A DNA stretch of 64,000 nucleotides from Octopus sinensis (taxonomy: Eukaryota), in NCBI RefSeq assembly GCF_006345805.1, contig NC_043004.1, positions 11,222,001 to 11,286,000 on the forward strand, in the 5' to 3' direction. Shown piece by piece: positions 12,670 to 26,460 of this stretch (its first letter is position 1; every line of letters starts with the position of its first letter). The position numbers were made by a program, and so were the translations under genes. The notes under the pieces are model-generated. The model ran no database searches and had not been told where the DNA came from. It saw only the letters and a list, made by a program, of their open reading frames with translations.

Positions 12670-12765
12670 AATCCCCCCAAAAAAACGAAGAACAAGCACA
12701 AAAAACAACGCGAGGGCGTGGTACATGTAAATATTAGCAAACGCTCAGGGAATTTAGGAAAGGTA

Positions 12766-12800
12766 GTTTTACGTTTCGAGCAAAGCTCAAACTCAGAAAT
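12766..12800 (-). ncRNA. Decayed hammerhead motif, same cassette family
   Basis: AUUU-CUGAGUU-U-GAG-CUUUG-CUC-GAAA-CG-UA-AAAC. Core positions G8 and A9 are lost. Confidence 0.5.
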
Positions 12801-13726
12801 TGGAGAGTCCAATAGGAAAACAAGACGGAGGACAGAAAATCACCATCGATTCACATGCGGTCACATTTTGAAAATATACATATATATATATATACATAAA
12901 GGATTGCATAAGTAAGTATACAGTAAGTATACAGTAAGTATCACGTAAATGTTACAATAAGTAATTGATTAAAATTATTAGCACATTAAATTAATTAGCC
13001 TCATTTTTTATATCTTCTGTGTCATTAATCATAATAATATATTTATCATACCTATAACAGTACTTGTATAGTAACTTTTAATTTTTTGATAAAAATAAAT
13101 GAACATTGCATGTCTTTTCCTTTTTCATAGCTGTATACCTACTTTTATTTATTTTATTCCACACGGGTAGATACATAGGTAAAATAGAAGTTGAAAATGA
13201 ACTGAGAATAGTTACAATATTTATTATTAATACATTTAAAGCTTTAACCGATTTCACACTTTTCGCTGATTTTCAAGAAACAGATTCCCGAACGCATACA
13301 TGAAAACATTCAAAGTAGTTGAATCATATATATTATACAGATCAACATAAATTATGCATGTACAGGCGTAAAAATTCCCCAGGGGTATAAAGAATAAAAC
13401 TGAACATACATAAGAATATTGAAGGAATATAAAAACATATCAAAATACATATAATATTACATATAAATAAAATTTACATGTAAGGAGTTATGAGTGATAA
13501 ACAGATGAGGTGCAAAACGGATGAGAGGTTGATAAAAATAGGAATAAAAACGTCAACCGTTAAAACAGCAAACTACCTAAATCGTCTAAAAATCACTTAT
13601 ACTCATAGAATATAAGATATGAATAACGCTAGATATCAAGGTTGATATGTATGTATGTATGTTTGTATGTATGTATGTATGTATGTATGTATTTATGTAT
13701 GTATGTATGCATGTATGTATGTATGT

Positions 13727-14281
13727 TGTGTCAAGTCACTTTCGAGTGCTACTGGTAACATGTAACCCAGTACAACCTGTTGCATGGTCGGGTCGTCGGT
13801 GACTAAACCAGCAACCCCACCAAGCTTGCTTGGTGAGAAGGGTGTCTATTTGATACCCTGCGGGATGAAAAACAAAACCCGTCAAAGGGCGGAGGAACTC
13901 TTGAGAGTCAACGGCCGTCCAATAAATGTCTTAAGGCTGTATCATGCGCGGGACATAGAAATAATCGGACTGAATACCCGATCGCGCGGTTAAACCATTG
14001 GGAGTGAAGGACTCCTAGCCTTTGTTAGGGCATCTTTCTAGGAAAAGGTAACTCAGGTAACTGGGATAACTCTGACATAAAACCTGCGGCTCAGTGGTTA
14101 CCGATGATGTTGACTTGTTCTTCTTTTCGGATTATGGCTGCTGTTGCTTAGTGAGTGGGATTGACTCAGTGCACAGCCTTTCCTCACTTTAAAAAAAATC
14201 TTCTTGCACAGGCATTGCACGATAACGACATTGATTAAGCTTCATGCAAAGGCCATACTCGATAACGAGGGGGCAGCCACC
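13727..14281 (+). mobile_element. Non-coding RTE-related (bipartite) retroelement within (TATG)n
   Basis: Contains an RTE 5'-UTR-like motif GGGCATCTTTCTAGGAAAAGGTAACTC...AAAACCT (~14028-14085). There is no long ORF, and (TATG)n lies on both sides. Confidence 0.5.
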
Positions 14282-14663
14282 ATGTATGTATGTAGTATGT
14301 ATGTATGTATGTATGTATGTACATGTGTACATATATATGTGTATATGTAAAAGTGTATGTAAATCCGTCAGAAAATGGCAACTTTTGAATCACGAGCAAG
14401 AAGAAATAACAACCTCAGAATGAACGGAACGAAAGATATAACGATAAAGTGACACATTCACACATACTCACCCACAAATTTACAGGCATACACGCACACG
14501 GACACCACACACACACACACAAGCACACACAACCTGACATAACACAGAATCACGCGCATACACTTATACACACATATACTTAATGATATATGTATATATT
14601 GCAAGGGATAATTATAAGAGAAAGGAGAAGAATAAGTAATAGATAGAAAGGATGGTGATATGG

Positions 14664-14736
14664 TTTTATTATTTTTTATTCTATTTTATTTTATCTAGTT
14701 TCACTCACGAGCTGTGGCCATGCTGGGGCACTGCCA
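14664..14736 (-). mobile_element. Orphan 3' tail of the CR1-like LINE with (TAAAA)n
   Basis: Minus strand GGCAGTGCCCCAGCATGGCCACAGCTCGTGAGTGAAACTAG matches the tail at 58167-58210. Confidence 0.75.
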
Positions 14737-15068
14737 TTAATGATATTTTATTTACGCACCAGGACATTCCAGCGTTATTTGCATGGATTTCTATATGTGA
14801 ATTGTATCGTTGGAGATAATTTCATATATCAAATATTTACTAAACAGAAGTACACACTGCTACAATGATACCGTCTCTACACATAGAGAGGTGTGCTCGA
14901 TCATACGCATATCCGCATATATGCATATATGCATATACGCATATATACCTGTGTGTTTTTATATATTGCTACACAATCATAAGTTCAAACACGCATGTGT
15001 ATGCACTCGCATATAATTCATTAAAATCTGTATATTTATGTGTAAACGCATATGCTTATATATATATA

Positions 15069-15116
<48 letters not shown>

Positions 15117-15159
15117 GTGTGTTTATAGATATGATTATAAATAGTTGAATGTAGTATAT

Positions 15160-15214
<55 letters not shown>

Positions 15215-15378
15215 GAGAGAGAGAGAGGTTATGAGAGGTAAGGGTATCACTGAGGCCCAAAGATGTCAGGTACTGCTGAATAAGTGCTATAGATAGACCA
15301 TAGTTAAGTTCCAGGTTCGCTGATTATGCGAATAAGGGGTTATCGAAATTAACTATGACTTAACCATCCTCTCACACC

Positions 15379-15426
15379 GTCTCCGATGAAGGGATATAAT
15401 AAATATCCTGGAAACAGCTGTAAGAC
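15379..15426 (+). ncRNA. Minimal type-I hammerhead motif (core CCGAUGA)
   Basis: GUCU-CCGAUGA-A-GGGAUAU-AAUAA-AUAUCCU-G-GAAA-CAGCUG-UA-AGAC, inside a ~270-bp cassette between microsatellites. Confidence 0.75.
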
Positions 15427-15551
15427 TTTCTATGTATAAAAGTTCTAAAATCTACACAGACTTGGTTTTTTATTTCATTACGAAAGAAATTTATATATAT
15501 ACATATATATATATATTATATATATATATATATATATAATATATATATATA

Positions 15552-15995
15552 GGGGTAGGAGTGGATGTGTGGTAAGTAGCTTGCTTACCAACCACATGGT
15601 TCCGGGTTCAGTCCGACAGCATAGCACCTTGGGCAAGTGTCTTCTAGTATAGCTTCGGCCCGACCAAAGTCTTGTGAGTGGATTTGGTAGACGGAAACTG
15701 AAATAAGCCCGTCGTATATATATATATATATATATACATATATATATTATATATATATATATGTGTGTGTGTCTGTGTGTATGTTTTATGAGTCTGTGTT
15801 TGTCCCCCAACATCGCTTGACGACCGATAATAGTGTGTTTACGTCCCCGTAAGTTAGCGGTTCGGCAAAAGAGTCCGATATAATAAGTACTAGGCTTACA
15901 AAGAATAAGTCCTGGGGTCGATTTGCTCGACTAAAGGCGGTGCTCCAGCATGAGCACACTCAATAATTGACTGAAACAAGTAAAAATGTAAAAGA
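15552..15995 (+). mobile_element. SINE family B (tRNA head, CORE-like ACCTTGGGCAAGTGTCTT, internal microsatellite, CR1-like tail)
   Basis: Full colinearity with 31159-31565. Confidence 0.9.
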
Positions 15996-16237
15996 ATATA
16001 TATATATATATATATATATAATAGAAATATTAAAATTACTAAGTCTCTCTATATATATTTTTTCAGTTGTTTATTACTGTTCTTACTTTAACTCGTGTCA
16101 TTGTCCGGAAATCTTCACACATCTGTGACCTCCTCAGCGACACTATCTGTTTCCACTTACGACTTCACATCAGGAATCTTGCAACAGAAATTCAGAAACG
16201 TGTATACACAGACACACACACACACACACACACACAC

Positions 16238-16292
<55 letters not shown>

Positions 16293-16484
16293 TATATATA
16301 TATATACGTATATGTGTAGTGTCTCTATATATGTACATATATATTTGTGTGTGTGTGTGTGTCCGAAAATTAGGGAATGGATTAGATGAAATTCAGGCTA
16401 CATATGTTTCATAACGAGCGGAACCAAGGAAGTAGCAAATTATTCAAACAAGTGGTAGACTGCAAGCTACTCTACATGCCAAAT

Positions 16485-16650
16485 ACATTTTTGAACTTGG
16501 CATACCAACGGTTCATTCATGTATGTGACCCTCTCCATACACAGCACAAATGTCGCGAGCAGCTTTTGCGGCCTTAGAATCTTGATTAAAAGCAAAATGA
16601 GGGAGGTGTCGCAAATGCTCGTTTTTCTTAACTTGACATTCCATATTAAT
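16485..16650 (-). pseudogene. Inverted N-terminal segment of the mariner transposase
   Basis: Minus strand from the ATG at 16644: MECQVKKNEHLRHLPHFAFNQDSKAAKAARDICAVYGEG.../RWYAKFKN (first HTH of mariner transposases). Confidence 0.85.
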
Positions 16651-16654
16651 GAAC

Positions 16655-17560
16655 TGATGCACCTCGTTCTGACTGTCCAGTTGAGTTCGATGAAGAACGA
16701 TTAAACTAACTTTTGCACGAAAATTCTCGTCAAACGACAAGGAAACTGGCAGAGAAAATGGAATGCTCCAACACAACTATAGAGAAGCATCTTCACTCGA
16801 TGGGATAGGTTCAGAAGTATGGAGCATGAGTTCCGCATGCTTCAAATGACAAAAACAAAAATCAACGCGCCACAATCTCGGCTGGTTTGCTTGCTCGTCA
16901 CCGCTCAACTCATGGACACAAGCAACAATATATTTACCGAATCGTTACTGGCGACGCAAAATGGTGACTGTGCATCAATCTGAAGCAGCGTAAAGAATGG
17001 CTTAGCCACGGTAAACAAGCGACACCACATGTGAAACAAAATCTTCATATGTGTAAAAGGATGTTGTGCGTATGGTGAGACTGGGAAGGGATTATCCTTT
17101 ACGAATTGCTTGAACGGAATTAACAAGTCAACGCGGAACTCTATGTTTAACAGATGGAACGACACAACTCGGCTGTTCAAGAGAAAATAGCTAATCGGCA
17201 GCATGGATTTCTTCTGCTGCACGACAACGCCCGCCCTCATATGATCAGTATGACCGAGCAATCCATTTCAAATGCATGGCTGCGAGGTGCTGCCACACCC
17301 GCCGTACTCTCCTGAGTTGGCACCAACGGATTTCCATCTCTTTCGACCTCTTTCAAATGCTATGCGCGGAGTTTCATTCAATAGTGATGGAGAATTGAGA
17401 GCTTGGCTGGATCGGTTGTTCGAGTCGAAATCGGGTGATTTCTACCAACGAGGTATTGAAAACCTTGCTGAACGTTGGGAAGAAGTTGTAAACATCAAGG
17501 GTGAATACATTATTGATAAATTAGTTGTTATTTTTAATTAAACTTTTAAACAAATTTAAA
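16655..17560 (+). mobile_element. Mariner (DD34D) transposase pseudogene
   Basis: DAPRS..PVEFDEERL, IVTGDAKW, LLHDNARPH, PHPPYSPELAPTDFHLF motifs, with multiple stops and frameshifts. Confidence 0.95.
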
Positions 17561-18066
17561 TTTAAAAAAAACAGCGCGATCTTAATTGTTTCATAACTAG
17601 TGGAACCACGGAAGTAGTAAAAGGAAGTCATCGCTCTCACTCAGGACGGGTAACCATGCAGAAACCATTGTCTGTGAATATCACGTAAGGATAGAGATAG
17701 TAGCGATGACCTCTCTTGCACACACAATACGGACACAGACTGTGTGTTTATAGAGAGTTGGAAAAGATGTTTCAACAACAGTAACATAGTCCTTTATAGG
17801 TCCGGAAATTCTGTTGGCAAATAAACGTAACTATATATATGTATAACGAAGTATGAGCGCTAAGCAATGATATGTATAAATGCAGTGTTATTACCAGTTC
17901 AATTGTACTTGTGGTACATTTGGACAAATAACCAAGCCATTTACTATGATTTGTCATGGAGAGAAATTCTCGCTGTTGACAATAGTGTAAAAACACCTTG
18001 CTTATTGATCCAACTTGCTTAATTTGTCCAAACGTACCACAAGCATATCCGAATAGGTAATAATAT

Positions 18067-18114
<48 letters not shown>

Positions 18115-18199
18115 CGTGTGTGTGTGTGTGTCTGTTTGTGTTTGTGTGTGTTTGTATTTGTGTATGTGTGTATGTTTGTATGTATGTATGTATGTATGT

Positions 18200-18539
18200 A
18201 AAAGGGTAAAGACACCCTTCGGTCATGAATGACCATGGGATTTCACCTAGAAAGTTACCCTCCTAGACACAAGTCCGGGCACGGTTGTTTATGGAAGACC
18301 AGCAGTCGCCCATGCATACCAGCCTCCTCTCTCCACGCCACCAATGTTATCCAAGGGAAAGACAAAGGTCGATACAGCTTGGCACCAGTGACGTCGCAAC
18401 TAATTTCTACAGCTGAGTGAACTGGAGCAACGTGAAATAAAGTTCCTTGCTCAAGAACACAACACGCAGCCCGGTCCGGGATTCGAGCTCACAAACTCAC
18501 GATCGTAAGCTCGACGCTCTAACCACTGAGCCATGCGCC
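18200..18539 (-). mobile_element. Full-length tRNA-derived SINE family D with (TACA)n tail
   Basis: Head GGCGCATGGCTCAGTGGTTAGAGCG (A box) and GAGCTCGAATCCC (B box); GTGTTCTTGAGCAAGGAACTT core-like domain. Confidence 0.85.
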
Positions 18540-20584
18540 ATACATTTATGTATCATGTAAATGGACGAATACTGGGAATAGAAACAGGACCGAAATCCAG
18601 TTTCTTGTGGAATCTGTGGTGAAAGTTTAAAGGAACTATGTATAATATACGAAACATAAATGCTAGAAATGTTGTAATGATATGGACTAAATTATCCAAA
18701 TATGGTGTTCTATATGAATTCCTCAACATGAAATATAGAATATTTGCAAAATGTCCGAAGAAATTACGGCTTGCGTACATCCTTAGATAAGGATCTACAA
18801 GCTGGAGAGTTGATTTATTATGCGCATATTCAGGTTGAAGTCTTCGTTAAAATCAAGTTATTTACGAGATCTATTTATTTTCTCTACTTTTCTCGAAGTT
18901 AACAGAGATAACCTCCATAAACATATTTTCGAGAATCATATACCGGATATGGATTTATAAACACAGATAATAGAAACCATCTGCTCAATATGCGCAGTTT
19001 ATATCTCCATCAAAATATTCAAGCAACTGTCACGAAATTTGGTGCAGATATACGAAAATTAAATCATAAATAAAATAAATCATTGCAATGTTTACATTCT
19101 TAACAATAATTAAAAGAGAGGATGTAAACGTACATGATATTACATATATATTTTCGAATAGGGAAACATATCCTATATTTTAAGAAAAGAGATTTGATAC
19201 GCTGTAATGGTAGATTATTGATGGCGGAAATGAAATGAACTGACGTCATGTGAAGCTCGATAGAGAATCGAAACAGGTTTTGCTTTTGCCATAATTGTGC
19301 AATTTTACAGATAAACAAACGTCTCAGTCTATTGCTTTGGGTCTAACGCAGGCTTGTGGGGGGAATATAGGAGTTAGAAATAGCGTGGAAGCCAACCAAA
19401 TATTTTTTCCTGTTCTGAAGTAGTTGATGTTAGTTCATCATACAATTTATTTCCACTACTTCGGTTCTGAGTGCTTTAGCAATTTTCATTCCTTAGCAAA
19501 CATTTAGGTGATGTATCTTGAGTGAAAATAATTCGAACCTTCATTCAACTTGTCTTGGCCATGCACAAAACCGATCATCTGTTCTCCCTTTTCTCGTCTC
19601 TCCAAACTATTTCAAATAATAATTCGGAAAAATTATAAAATGCAATACGTAAGGTAGCGATATCCTATTCATTGTGTAGAGCGTCTTTGAGAAAACTAAT
19701 TGAAGAAAACTACCTCCTGTTCTTTGCTAATACAGTGGTGGGGTTGTGGGTCGGGATTGAACTGTTTCCACAGCTTCCAATGGATGAAAATGAAAATGAG
19801 CAAGTGTGTAGAGAACGTTCACGTCCTTAACACTACATGTTTCTTACTTCCTATCTACCACATCCCATCCCTCATCATCCAAATCCGGACCTATTTTGGC
19901 CAATTTTTCTCTGCACTTCAAAACCATGGGAAGAGCATTTTCGGTAGACACATTTTTTAAGATTGTTAATATTTTCAGAGGGAAAATTAATTTAAGGGCG
20001 ATTTGGCTGTTGTTTCTAGCACATCCAAAGACAACCATCCTCGTTTCTTTATTACTCTCGTATGTAAAAATTTTTTTCAATATTTTCCCCAATAAATATA
20101 TTTATATGCTCTTTTTTTTTATTTGTGGAATATCAGATTTATGATAATAAGTGTATTTGAGATGATTGACTTATACTTGACTCGGAGTAGGTACATCTAT
20201 TAAGTACGCTTTTCTTTTTCGGGACTCTTTTTCTCATTGATCTTGCTAGTGCCAAAGCAAGCACTATGTTAAAGATAGCGTGTTGGCACTGGTACTTACA
20301 TACATACATGTATAAGTACATGCACACACACAAACATATACATACACACACACACACAAATATACACACGTGTATACGCACATACGCAGCTAAAGGGATA
20401 TGTGTGGAGATAAATACGTTCGAATATACATAGTACATCTGGAAATATACTTAAATACAAATATACATATACATATGTATACATGTACATATATACGTAT
20501 ATGTACACATATATATATATATACACACATATGTATATATATATATATATGTATATAGATGTTTGCTTATATATGTATATATAC

Positions 20585-20618
<34 letters not shown>

Positions 20619-21766
20619 GTATATGTATATGTATATATATATGTATATATATATATATGTGTGTGTGTGTGCGTGTGATTGGAGAAAGAGAGAGAGAGAG
20701 AGAGAAAGAGTATGAAAACGGATGAGAAAAGATATTCATGCATTTATCTACCATCGATGTAAAAAGCTAAATAGCAGCGCAGCACATGATGGCATTTAAT
20801 GATCCCAAGAGTATTCCATGAGATATCTGTTGCATAACTGGTGGCGTGCGAGACGCCTACACGAAGAATTTCCTTAATTACAAGTATTTGTCAGCGGGGC
20901 TGGCGATTCAACTTGAAGTAGAAACATGTATCTCTTGCAGATCTTAATCAGTTGACGGGAAAATGTTCAAGTGATATTCTATTTTTGAAATCTGTAGTGT
21001 AATATTCGTGTGTTTTGACAGCTTATTATGTAACATACTGAGAATAGTGTTAAAGAATATACCTTTGCACAATGGGAGAATGTGGGGAGGGTCAACATGT
21101 GTGAAGTGTGCGGCTTAGTGGTTAGGGTGTTGGTCTCGTGATCGTAAGATTGTGGTTTCGATACCTGGACCAGTTGATGCATTGAGTTTTTTTTTAAGAA
21201 AAAGCTCTTTATTTCTCGTTTTTTCTAAACTACTCAGTTATCAGAAATGTGTAACCCTACTTCGCACAAGCATTTCGTACACGGTGAGCGGCGGGTATAT
21301 ATGCCAGAGAACCCGAGAACCGATGCTCTTACTCTATATGGCTCGGGGAGGATTTTTTTCTTTTATTCTTAATATAAGACCTCACTTTCTATGTTGAAAC
21401 TTTAGTATATTCTTAGATTAGCTGTAGACAGGGATTTTTCTAAATCGACATTGGTGCTATTGCTGAGTTCAAATTCCGCCGAGGTTTACGTTGCCTTTTA
21501 CCCTTTCAGGGTCGACCAAATAAGTACCTGTCATATACTGGAGTCAATGTAATCGACTTAACCACAGCCTCGAAATTGCTGCTCTTGTGACAGAATTTGA
21601 AACCGTAATGACACTGTACAACGGAAACGACAGAAACGACAGAAACCATTCAGTTGAACAAGTAGACACGTGAGTGGATGACATTATAAAGTGTTTGGTT
21701 GTAAAAGACGGGTTGCATATCAAAGAGCAGGTTTACCAGTTTAATCATCTGAAATTTCCTCTAGAT

Positions 21767-21840
21767 CAGTGGTTCCTAACCCGGGGTTTGCGACACCTTG
21801 TGGTCCGCAAAGGTAGCACTGGGAGTCCGTCAACTAAATT
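21767..21840 (+). mobile_element. hAT (Charlie-like) terminal fragment
   Basis: CAGTGGTTCCTAACCCGGGG preceded by ...CTAGAT. No matching right end was found. Confidence 0.4.
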
Positions 21841-21932
21841 CAAAATTTCATATACATATATACACACACATACACATATATATACATATATAAAGATAGA
21901 TAGATTAAATATAGATATAGGTATATATATAC

Positions 21933-22009
<77 letters not shown>

Positions 22010-22204
22010 TAAAAAAAAGTCAAGGTAGAAAATGCTAAAATAATTTTATAAAAAACATTTCCGTACCGGTTTCGCTTTTCTTTCACGTTAGGCATGAATT
22101 ATCTTCGTTTGATTCTCACCGAGAGGTTTTACAAAACTGTTAGTGTGTCCATAAACTTCCAGTCTCTTTATATAATCCCCTTCTGAACGTTTCAATTGCT
22201 GGAC

Positions 22205-22472
22205 ATCGAAGCTGCAGTAAGTTTGGTACTTACACATCGGTTGCTTTTGCCGAACCACTTATTTACGGAGAAGTAACGAAACCAACACAGATAATCATGC
22301 GATGTGGGTGGCCAACACATACACACACATACACACATACCTATAGGAGGAACTTCCACACAGATTTCGTGAACCGAATTTACTCCCAAGGCATTAGTGG
22401 ACCGAAGGCTATAGTAGAGAACCCTTGCCCGAAATGTCGAGCAGTGAGACTTCCTCACTACATAGCCATGCC
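22205..22472 (-). mobile_element. Old diverged SINE family B copy
   Basis: Reverse-complement similarity to the family B head, core and post-microsatellite body. Confidence 0.65.
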
Positions 22473-23439
22473 TGTCCAATCATATTATGAGTATTTTAAA
22501 CTAGCAACACATCTTTTACTTCCAAGTAAATCACTTTCAAATCACACACAACCATTTTGATAAAAAGAATACATGGATAATAAAATCCTAGTCAAACTAT
22601 CTAAAAATAAGACAGATGGTCATTATTGGAACGTCTTTGGCTATAAATCCCACAGATATGCCCTGTTATAAGTAAACTGGCGTTAAAAAGTTGCAAGAAG
22701 CCAGCTCCAAGTATTTCAGCGCTATTATTACATGAATGTTTAAAAACCTTTTTAGCATTTAAAACTAAGATCAGCTTGAAGAATATTTTGCTTCTGTGGT
22801 TCTATGCTTTAGAATATTTAGATATTATGTTGAGATGGTGGATACCTTAAACACGAAATCAATTCATGGTATTCTGATATGAAGAAAGAAAAGCTTTCTT
22901 AAAATATATTTTTGGCCCTACGTGGCATTTTGATGGATAAGTAACATTTAGAGTGGAATTATCAGTTGTTGCCACTAGTTAAGTGATAAAAATGAATCCA
23001 ACGATACTGGATTCAATAAAACAACAGCGCTAAAAATAATTACATATAACTATTTTATCGAGTCCGAAATAATTAACATTAACTCCAGTATTTTAACTGG
23101 TACTTATATTATCAAACACACAGCTATTTTTGACATTTACTTCATTAATCCCGGAAGCATGAAACCATAACTCGGTCGACAGAATGAACTAAAAAATTGA
23201 CTTAGGTGAAATATGAACTCAGAACGTTAAGGGACGTAGCTAAATATTGCAAGCCAATTTTTTTTTTACTTTAGCTCTTCTAGTTCTGCTGATTCAGTTC
23301 ATAAAACATCATTGTCGATAATAATGTTACCTTAAGTCTAGTTTCTCCATGAACTATACAATCCAGGAACTGGACAATCCTCTACAAGTAGACGCCGATA
23401 TGACATTTAACTCGGGTAATCATGCTAACCATTTTATAG

Positions 23440-23672
23440 AACCAAAACATCAAGAGGTCAGTACTACTACTACCTGTGATGGCATCCCTTGGCGGAACGC
23501 TACTCCGTCGCATGATTAACCCCAACTGCTACAGGTACTCGTTTTTATCTGGGTTGATGGAAACAATTACGAAATGAAATGCCTCACTTAAAGCCACAAC
23601 TCGCCACTCCGGACGGAAATCTGACCCAAACCTCACAACCTCGAGGACAGCGTTTTAACCACTAGGCCATAC
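23440..23672 (-). mobile_element. Old tRNA-derived SINE copy
   Basis: Minus-strand ATGGCCTAGTGGTTAAAACG A box followed by a degenerate core domain. Confidence 0.55.
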
Positions 23673-24324
23673 GCTTTCACTTATACAATAAATAGCGTAA
23701 TAACTGTTGATTGACTTGAAGGCAGGAAATAAAATTGTATTCCCATAACTCAACATCTACTTGTATTCTTCCTTCAGTCGATAACAACTATTAGTTCAGC
23801 ACATCTATTTCATTTTCAAAATGCTGATCACATAACTAACGATGCTGTGGCACACGACGTATGTTAACTAACAAGCATAATTGTTTCTTCAATTTTCAAA
23901 GTTGGCTTTCATGCCGTAAATTGGAGAATTTGTGTCACTAACCATGTGTATGCTGTCTGCGTATCGGAGTCTCGAACTCCAGAGAAATCAAGTGTTAGCT
24001 TCAATAGACAGTGATGATAGCCAAGAAAAGAGAACAATGTTTGATTGTTGACTTCTTTCTTTTCTTCCTTCTCCCTTTCTTCCTTTCTTTAGCTTTTTTC
24101 CTTATTCTCTCTTTCTTAATAATTCTTTAAATTTATGCTTAAAGTTACACAAGGTTATCATATTAATTATTTTTTTCTTCTGTTGTTTAAATATTTTTAT
24201 TAAGATTGATTTGCTACAAACAGAGTCTATCTCTCGCACTCTCCTCCTCTCTCCCACCCTCTTTCTTTCCCACCCTTTCTCCCTCATTGACCCTCTCTTT
24301 CTGCCTGTCTCTCTCTGTGACCCC

Positions 24325-24355
<31 letters not shown>

Positions 24356-24738
24356 ACCCACACACATATACAGAGAAAACAAACACAAATCATTTCCATA
24401 TCTCTCCTTGAAACCAATTTAATTGACGATGAACAAAATAAAATAAAATAAAAATAACGACAGCAACTAAAACAAAAATAAATGCAAAGAAAGAAGAGTT
24501 TAAAGTTTGGAATTTCGGTAGTTTGAAATGGTGAGTTTATCTCTGGAGATCAGGGATAGTCGCTCAATTGTTGTTATGCCAAATAAATTAAAGAGAGCTG
24601 TACACGAGTAAAACTTTTCCTTAAAATGAAATGTTGATGTATAAAATCGATTATTTCAGAAAATGTTACTTTAAGTAAATATAGCCGTAAATCAGACAGA
24701 TAAAAGAGATAATATTTTTTGAATATCAATAAAGAGAG

Positions 24739-24740
<2 letters not shown>

Positions 24741-24815
<75 letters not shown>
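24741..24815. repeat. (GA)n microsatellite
   Basis: Pure AG run of about 75 bp. Confidence 0.95.
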
Positions 24816-24821
<6 letters not shown>

Positions 24822-25228
24822 TAGTGGTATAGAATGAAGACAAGAGAGTGGGGAAAAAATGTTTAAATGCATGCCAGATAAATGTTGGTAATTTTTAGTA
24901 GAATTAAATCCATTTAAAGTGCCAAATTACGAAAATGTGGCGAATAATTTATACATTTCACAAGTTTTTATGTCAATTTCGATGAAATCAAGAGAAAATA
25001 AACAAAAGACATTACAATTTCAGAATGATTCAGACTAAAATAACTAACAAAACATTCGCACATCTATATTTTTCACATTTCCTTTATATTTTTGTTATTT
25101 GTATAAATCTTTACTTTCTGTTATATATAATATTTTTTTCCATTTTTTCTTATCACTCTTCTCTTGCCATCTCACGATTTATGCCATCTTTATTTTCGTT
25201 CTGTCTCCATCTATCGACCTATCTACCC

Positions 25229-25310
<82 letters not shown>

Positions 25311-26081
25311 TATTCTGTTTCTGTTCTTTCACTTTTCTCTTTCACTCAAATAACTATTTTTTCTATATGTGTCATTTCTCTCTCTTAAAACTCTGTCACG
25401 TTTCGCAAGCTTTGATGCGGTTTTGTTTTCCCAATAAAAGTTGTCTCTCTCTATTATTTACCTGTTCGAACATCTGCCTGTCTGTCTGCTTCTCTGTCTG
25501 TCACTTTTATTCTTACCCTCCTCCTCCTCCTCCTCCTGACGCGTTATTCGTTTATCCTTTATCTTATCACAGTTTCTGTCTCCTACTTCACATGACTCTT
25601 AACCAACCAACCAACCAACCAACCAGCCAGCCAACATACATTCTCCCGTCGCTCCCCATCATTTCAATTTCTCTTTCACATTTATATATTTGCATATTTA
25701 CATTTAATGTCCGCGCTTCTAATTCTGTCATTGTTTTTCCAATTGCTAAAAACGTCATCTCGACACATCAGGCGGTGCATCTTCAAATAGGAACCAACTC
25801 AGTCGACCAGCTTCAAATAGGAACCAACTCTCCCTCAAATCTAAATAGACGCAGATAAAGAACATAATCGTACGGTCATGTACTAATCTGCTTTGATTCT
25901 ATGAGTATGTCCAACAGACGTTGACCAGGAGTTTAACGGCAACAGCATAAGCCAAAAATGACATCAAGTAGCCAACGAAATTAATTCTACCTGGTCTTGC
26001 GATCTCCAACAAATAGTAGCCAATCCATTGTAAAAGCACATACCACTTTCTTAAAAGTTTAACTGGCACGTAAATTATTGG

Positions 26082-26460
26082 CACAAGCCTGGCTGTGTTG
26101 AAAGAAACTTACTTGCCAACCACAAGGTTCTGGGTTCAGTCCTAGTGCGTGGGGCCTTGGGTGAGTGCAGTCCACTATAGCCTCGGGTGGATCAAAACCT
26201 TGTGAATTGATTTGGTAGGCAGAAACTGAAAGAAGCCCTCCGTATGTGTATTTGTGTGTGTGTGCGTGTGTGTATGTGTGTCTTTTAGTCTGATTTTGTC
26301 ACCCGCCACTGCCTGACAACAGGTGTTTGCGTGCTTATGTCCCTATAAGTTAGTGATTCGGCAAAAGGGAGAGACAATAAGTGCCAGGATTTATAAGAAA
26401 ATAAGTTCTGGGGTCGATTCATTCGGCTATTAAATTCTTCGTAGTGCTGCCCCAGCATGA
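26082..26460 (+). mobile_element. SINE family B, diverged copy
   Basis: Colinear with 31159-31565. Confidence 0.8.

Noticed and set aside
16095-16145. Minus-strand GTGTCG-CTGAGGA...TGACAC hammerhead-like remnant
   Set aside because: Helix I and the core are present but GAAA and UH are missing; too decayed to call.
25025-25858. 277-aa ORF, and similar long ORFs at 34914-35573, 41197-41634 and 61473-61934
   Set aside because: Translations of (TATC)n, (AT)n and CT-rich tracts (IYLS/IY repeats) with no domain motifs.
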